Source: Candidatus Arthromitus sp. SFB-mouse-Japan
GTDB taxonomy: Bacteria > Bacillota > Clostridia > Clostridiales > Clostridiaceae
NCBI RefSeq assembly: GCF_000270205.1
Contig: NC_015913.1
Coordinates: 1,500,001 to 1,532,000 of the forward strand
Direction: 5' to 3'
Length of the DNA stretch: 32,000 nucleotides
Numbering within the stretch: position 1 is the first letter of the stretch; the number at the start of each line of letters is the position of its first letter. The position numbers were made by a program, and so were the translations under genes. Shown piece by piece: positions 30,986 through 32,000 of the stretch. The notes below the pieces were generated by a model that made no database searches, was not told the DNA's origin, and saw only the letters and a list, made by a program, of their open reading frames with translations.

Positions 30986-31633
30986 TCAGCCTTTATATCC
31001 AATTTTATTCAGAATCTTACTGTATATCTTTTCATTTATACTTTGTATTGAAAATAAACTTTTCCCATCATCACATTCTATATTAATAAAATCATACATA
31101 CTACATACATACTGAGCAGTTTTATAACACTTAATTATAAAATCATAATCTTTCTCATAGATATCTTTATTATTTCTCTTCTTTATCATATCTAAATTTA
31201 TATCCAATGATAAATTCATAAAAAACGTCATATTTTCTTTAGGTAAACCACATATATCATATTCAAATTCTAACACCCATTTAAAAAACTTGTCTCTATC
31301 ATCTTCATTATCTATAAGACTTCCTTGATATATTAAGTTTGAATATATATATCTATCACATAATATAAAATACCCTTCATCTATGTATCCACTCATTTCC
31401 CTCTTATATACCCCAAATCTATCTAATCCAAAAAATGTAGAAATTAAATATGGATTCAAATTATTCCCAAAATCACCATTTAAATACTCTTTAACAAACA
31501 AAGAATACTTATTACAATAATTTGGAAATTCTATTCTTATAGTTTTTAATCCTATATCATTTAATCTCTTCTCTATTAATTTTGTTTGGGTCTCTTTACC
31601 ACTACCATCTAATCCCTCGAACACTATTATCAT
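30986..31633 (-). CDS. tmk: Thymidylate kinase
   Basis: 215 aa with the MIIVFEGLDGSGKETQ P-loop and a DRY-like motif (CDRYIYSNLIYQG). Its ATG overlaps the upstream gene's stop (ATGA). Confidence 0.9.
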   Translation of the reverse strand: MIIVFEGLDGSGKETQTKLIEKRLNDIGLKTIRIEFPNYCNKYSLFVKEYLNGDFGNNLNPYLISTFFGLDRFGVYKREMSGYIDEGYFILCDRYIYSNLIYQGSLIDNEDDRDKFFKWVLEFEYDICGLPKENMTFFMNLSLDINLDMIKKRNNKDIYEKDYDFIIKCYKTAQYVCSMYDFINIECDDGKSLFSIQSINEKIYSKILNKIGYKG

Positions 31634-32000
31634 TGCTTAATATTCTCCTCTAATACTTTTAAATATTTCCCATCAAATACACCATTTACTCTACAGTTTA
31701 ATTTTAAATACTCAAAAATAACTTCCATATGTTTACTTTCTATATATTCACCTCTTACAATTATAGGAGTACCTGGGGGATATAAAAATATATCATTAAA
31801 TGCTACCTTTCCAACACATTTTTCTATTTCTAAAAATTCATAAGGTTTATGTAGTATTTCATAAGGCTCAAATACCTTTATGATATCTAAATCATAAATC
31901 TTAGGAAATATTTCAAATATATTATTTATATACTCATTTCCCTTAAACTCATTGATACTATAATATAATTTTTGAAAATCATTCTTTTTACTACAATAAG
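31630..32000 (-). CDS. C-terminal part of an Orn/Lys/Arg decarboxylase-family (YaaO-like, PLP-dependent) protein, 5'-truncated by the window edge
   Basis: Hand translation gives ...EILHKPYEFLEIEKCVGKVAFNDIFLYPPGTPIIVRGEYIESKHMEVIFEYLKLNCRVNGVFDGKYLKVLEENIKQ*. The YPPG(I/T)P..V.GE segment resembles the C-terminal domain of this family, and such a gene precedes tmk in Bacillus. The call rests on partial sequence only. Confidence 0.55.
   Translation of the reverse strand, partial: YCSKKNDFQKLYYSINEFKGNEYINNIFEIFPKIYDLDIIKVFEPYEILHKPYEFLEIEKCVGKVAFNDIFLYPPGTPIIVRGEYIESKHMEVIFEYLKLNCRVNGVFDGKYLKVLEENIKQ

Overview
This window is the conserved translation/transcription backbone of a very AT-rich, low-GC Firmicute. 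Gene order and protein sequences look Clostridia-like (tuf-rpmG-secE-nusG linkage, two tuf copies, SigH, McsA/McsB/ClpC, YaaT); that placement is inference only. All 35 coding genes I can support are on the minus strand. Read in transcription order (high to low coordinates) they are: 3' end of an Orn/Lys/Arg-decarboxylase-family gene, tmk, holB, yaaT/ricT, a monocistronic 2x[4Fe-4S] ferredoxin, mcsA-mcsB-clpC, ispD-cysS-mrnC-rlmB-yacP-sigH, tuf copy 2, rpmG-secE-nusG-rplK-rplA, rplJ-rplL, rpoB-rpoC, rpsL-rpsG-fusA-tuf copy 1, and the start of the S10 operon (rpsJ-rplC-rplD-rplW-rplB-rpsS-rplV, with rplV cut by the window edge). rpmG (49 aa) and the two edge-truncated genes are missing from the ORF track; I recovered them by hand translation. 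Several track ORFs are 5'-extended because an in-frame ATG/GTG/TTG lies inside or against the Shine-Dalgarno sequence, and I corrected those starts. I can also support several sigma-A-type promoters and rho-independent terminators in the few intergenic gaps. I found no CRISPR array, IS or other mobile element, tRNA or rRNA gene, and no convincing novel multi-gene system; this is an ordinary core region. Points worth a second look: (1) RpoB has Asn at the position of E. coli His526 in rifampicin-resistance cluster I. (2) A 1216-bp, 100% identical direct duplication of tuf plus its RBS brackets about 14 kb of essential genes. (3) mcsA-mcsB-clpC has no ctsR gene and no recognisable CtsR operator, and is preceded instead by a ferredoxin gene and a strong terminator. 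(4) Synteny is strongly compacted relative to Bacillus and Clostridium, with many usual intervening genes absent. (5) A few structured or odd intergenic regions: the rplL-rpoB gap, the rpsG-fusA hairpin, the S10 leader and the rplJ leader.
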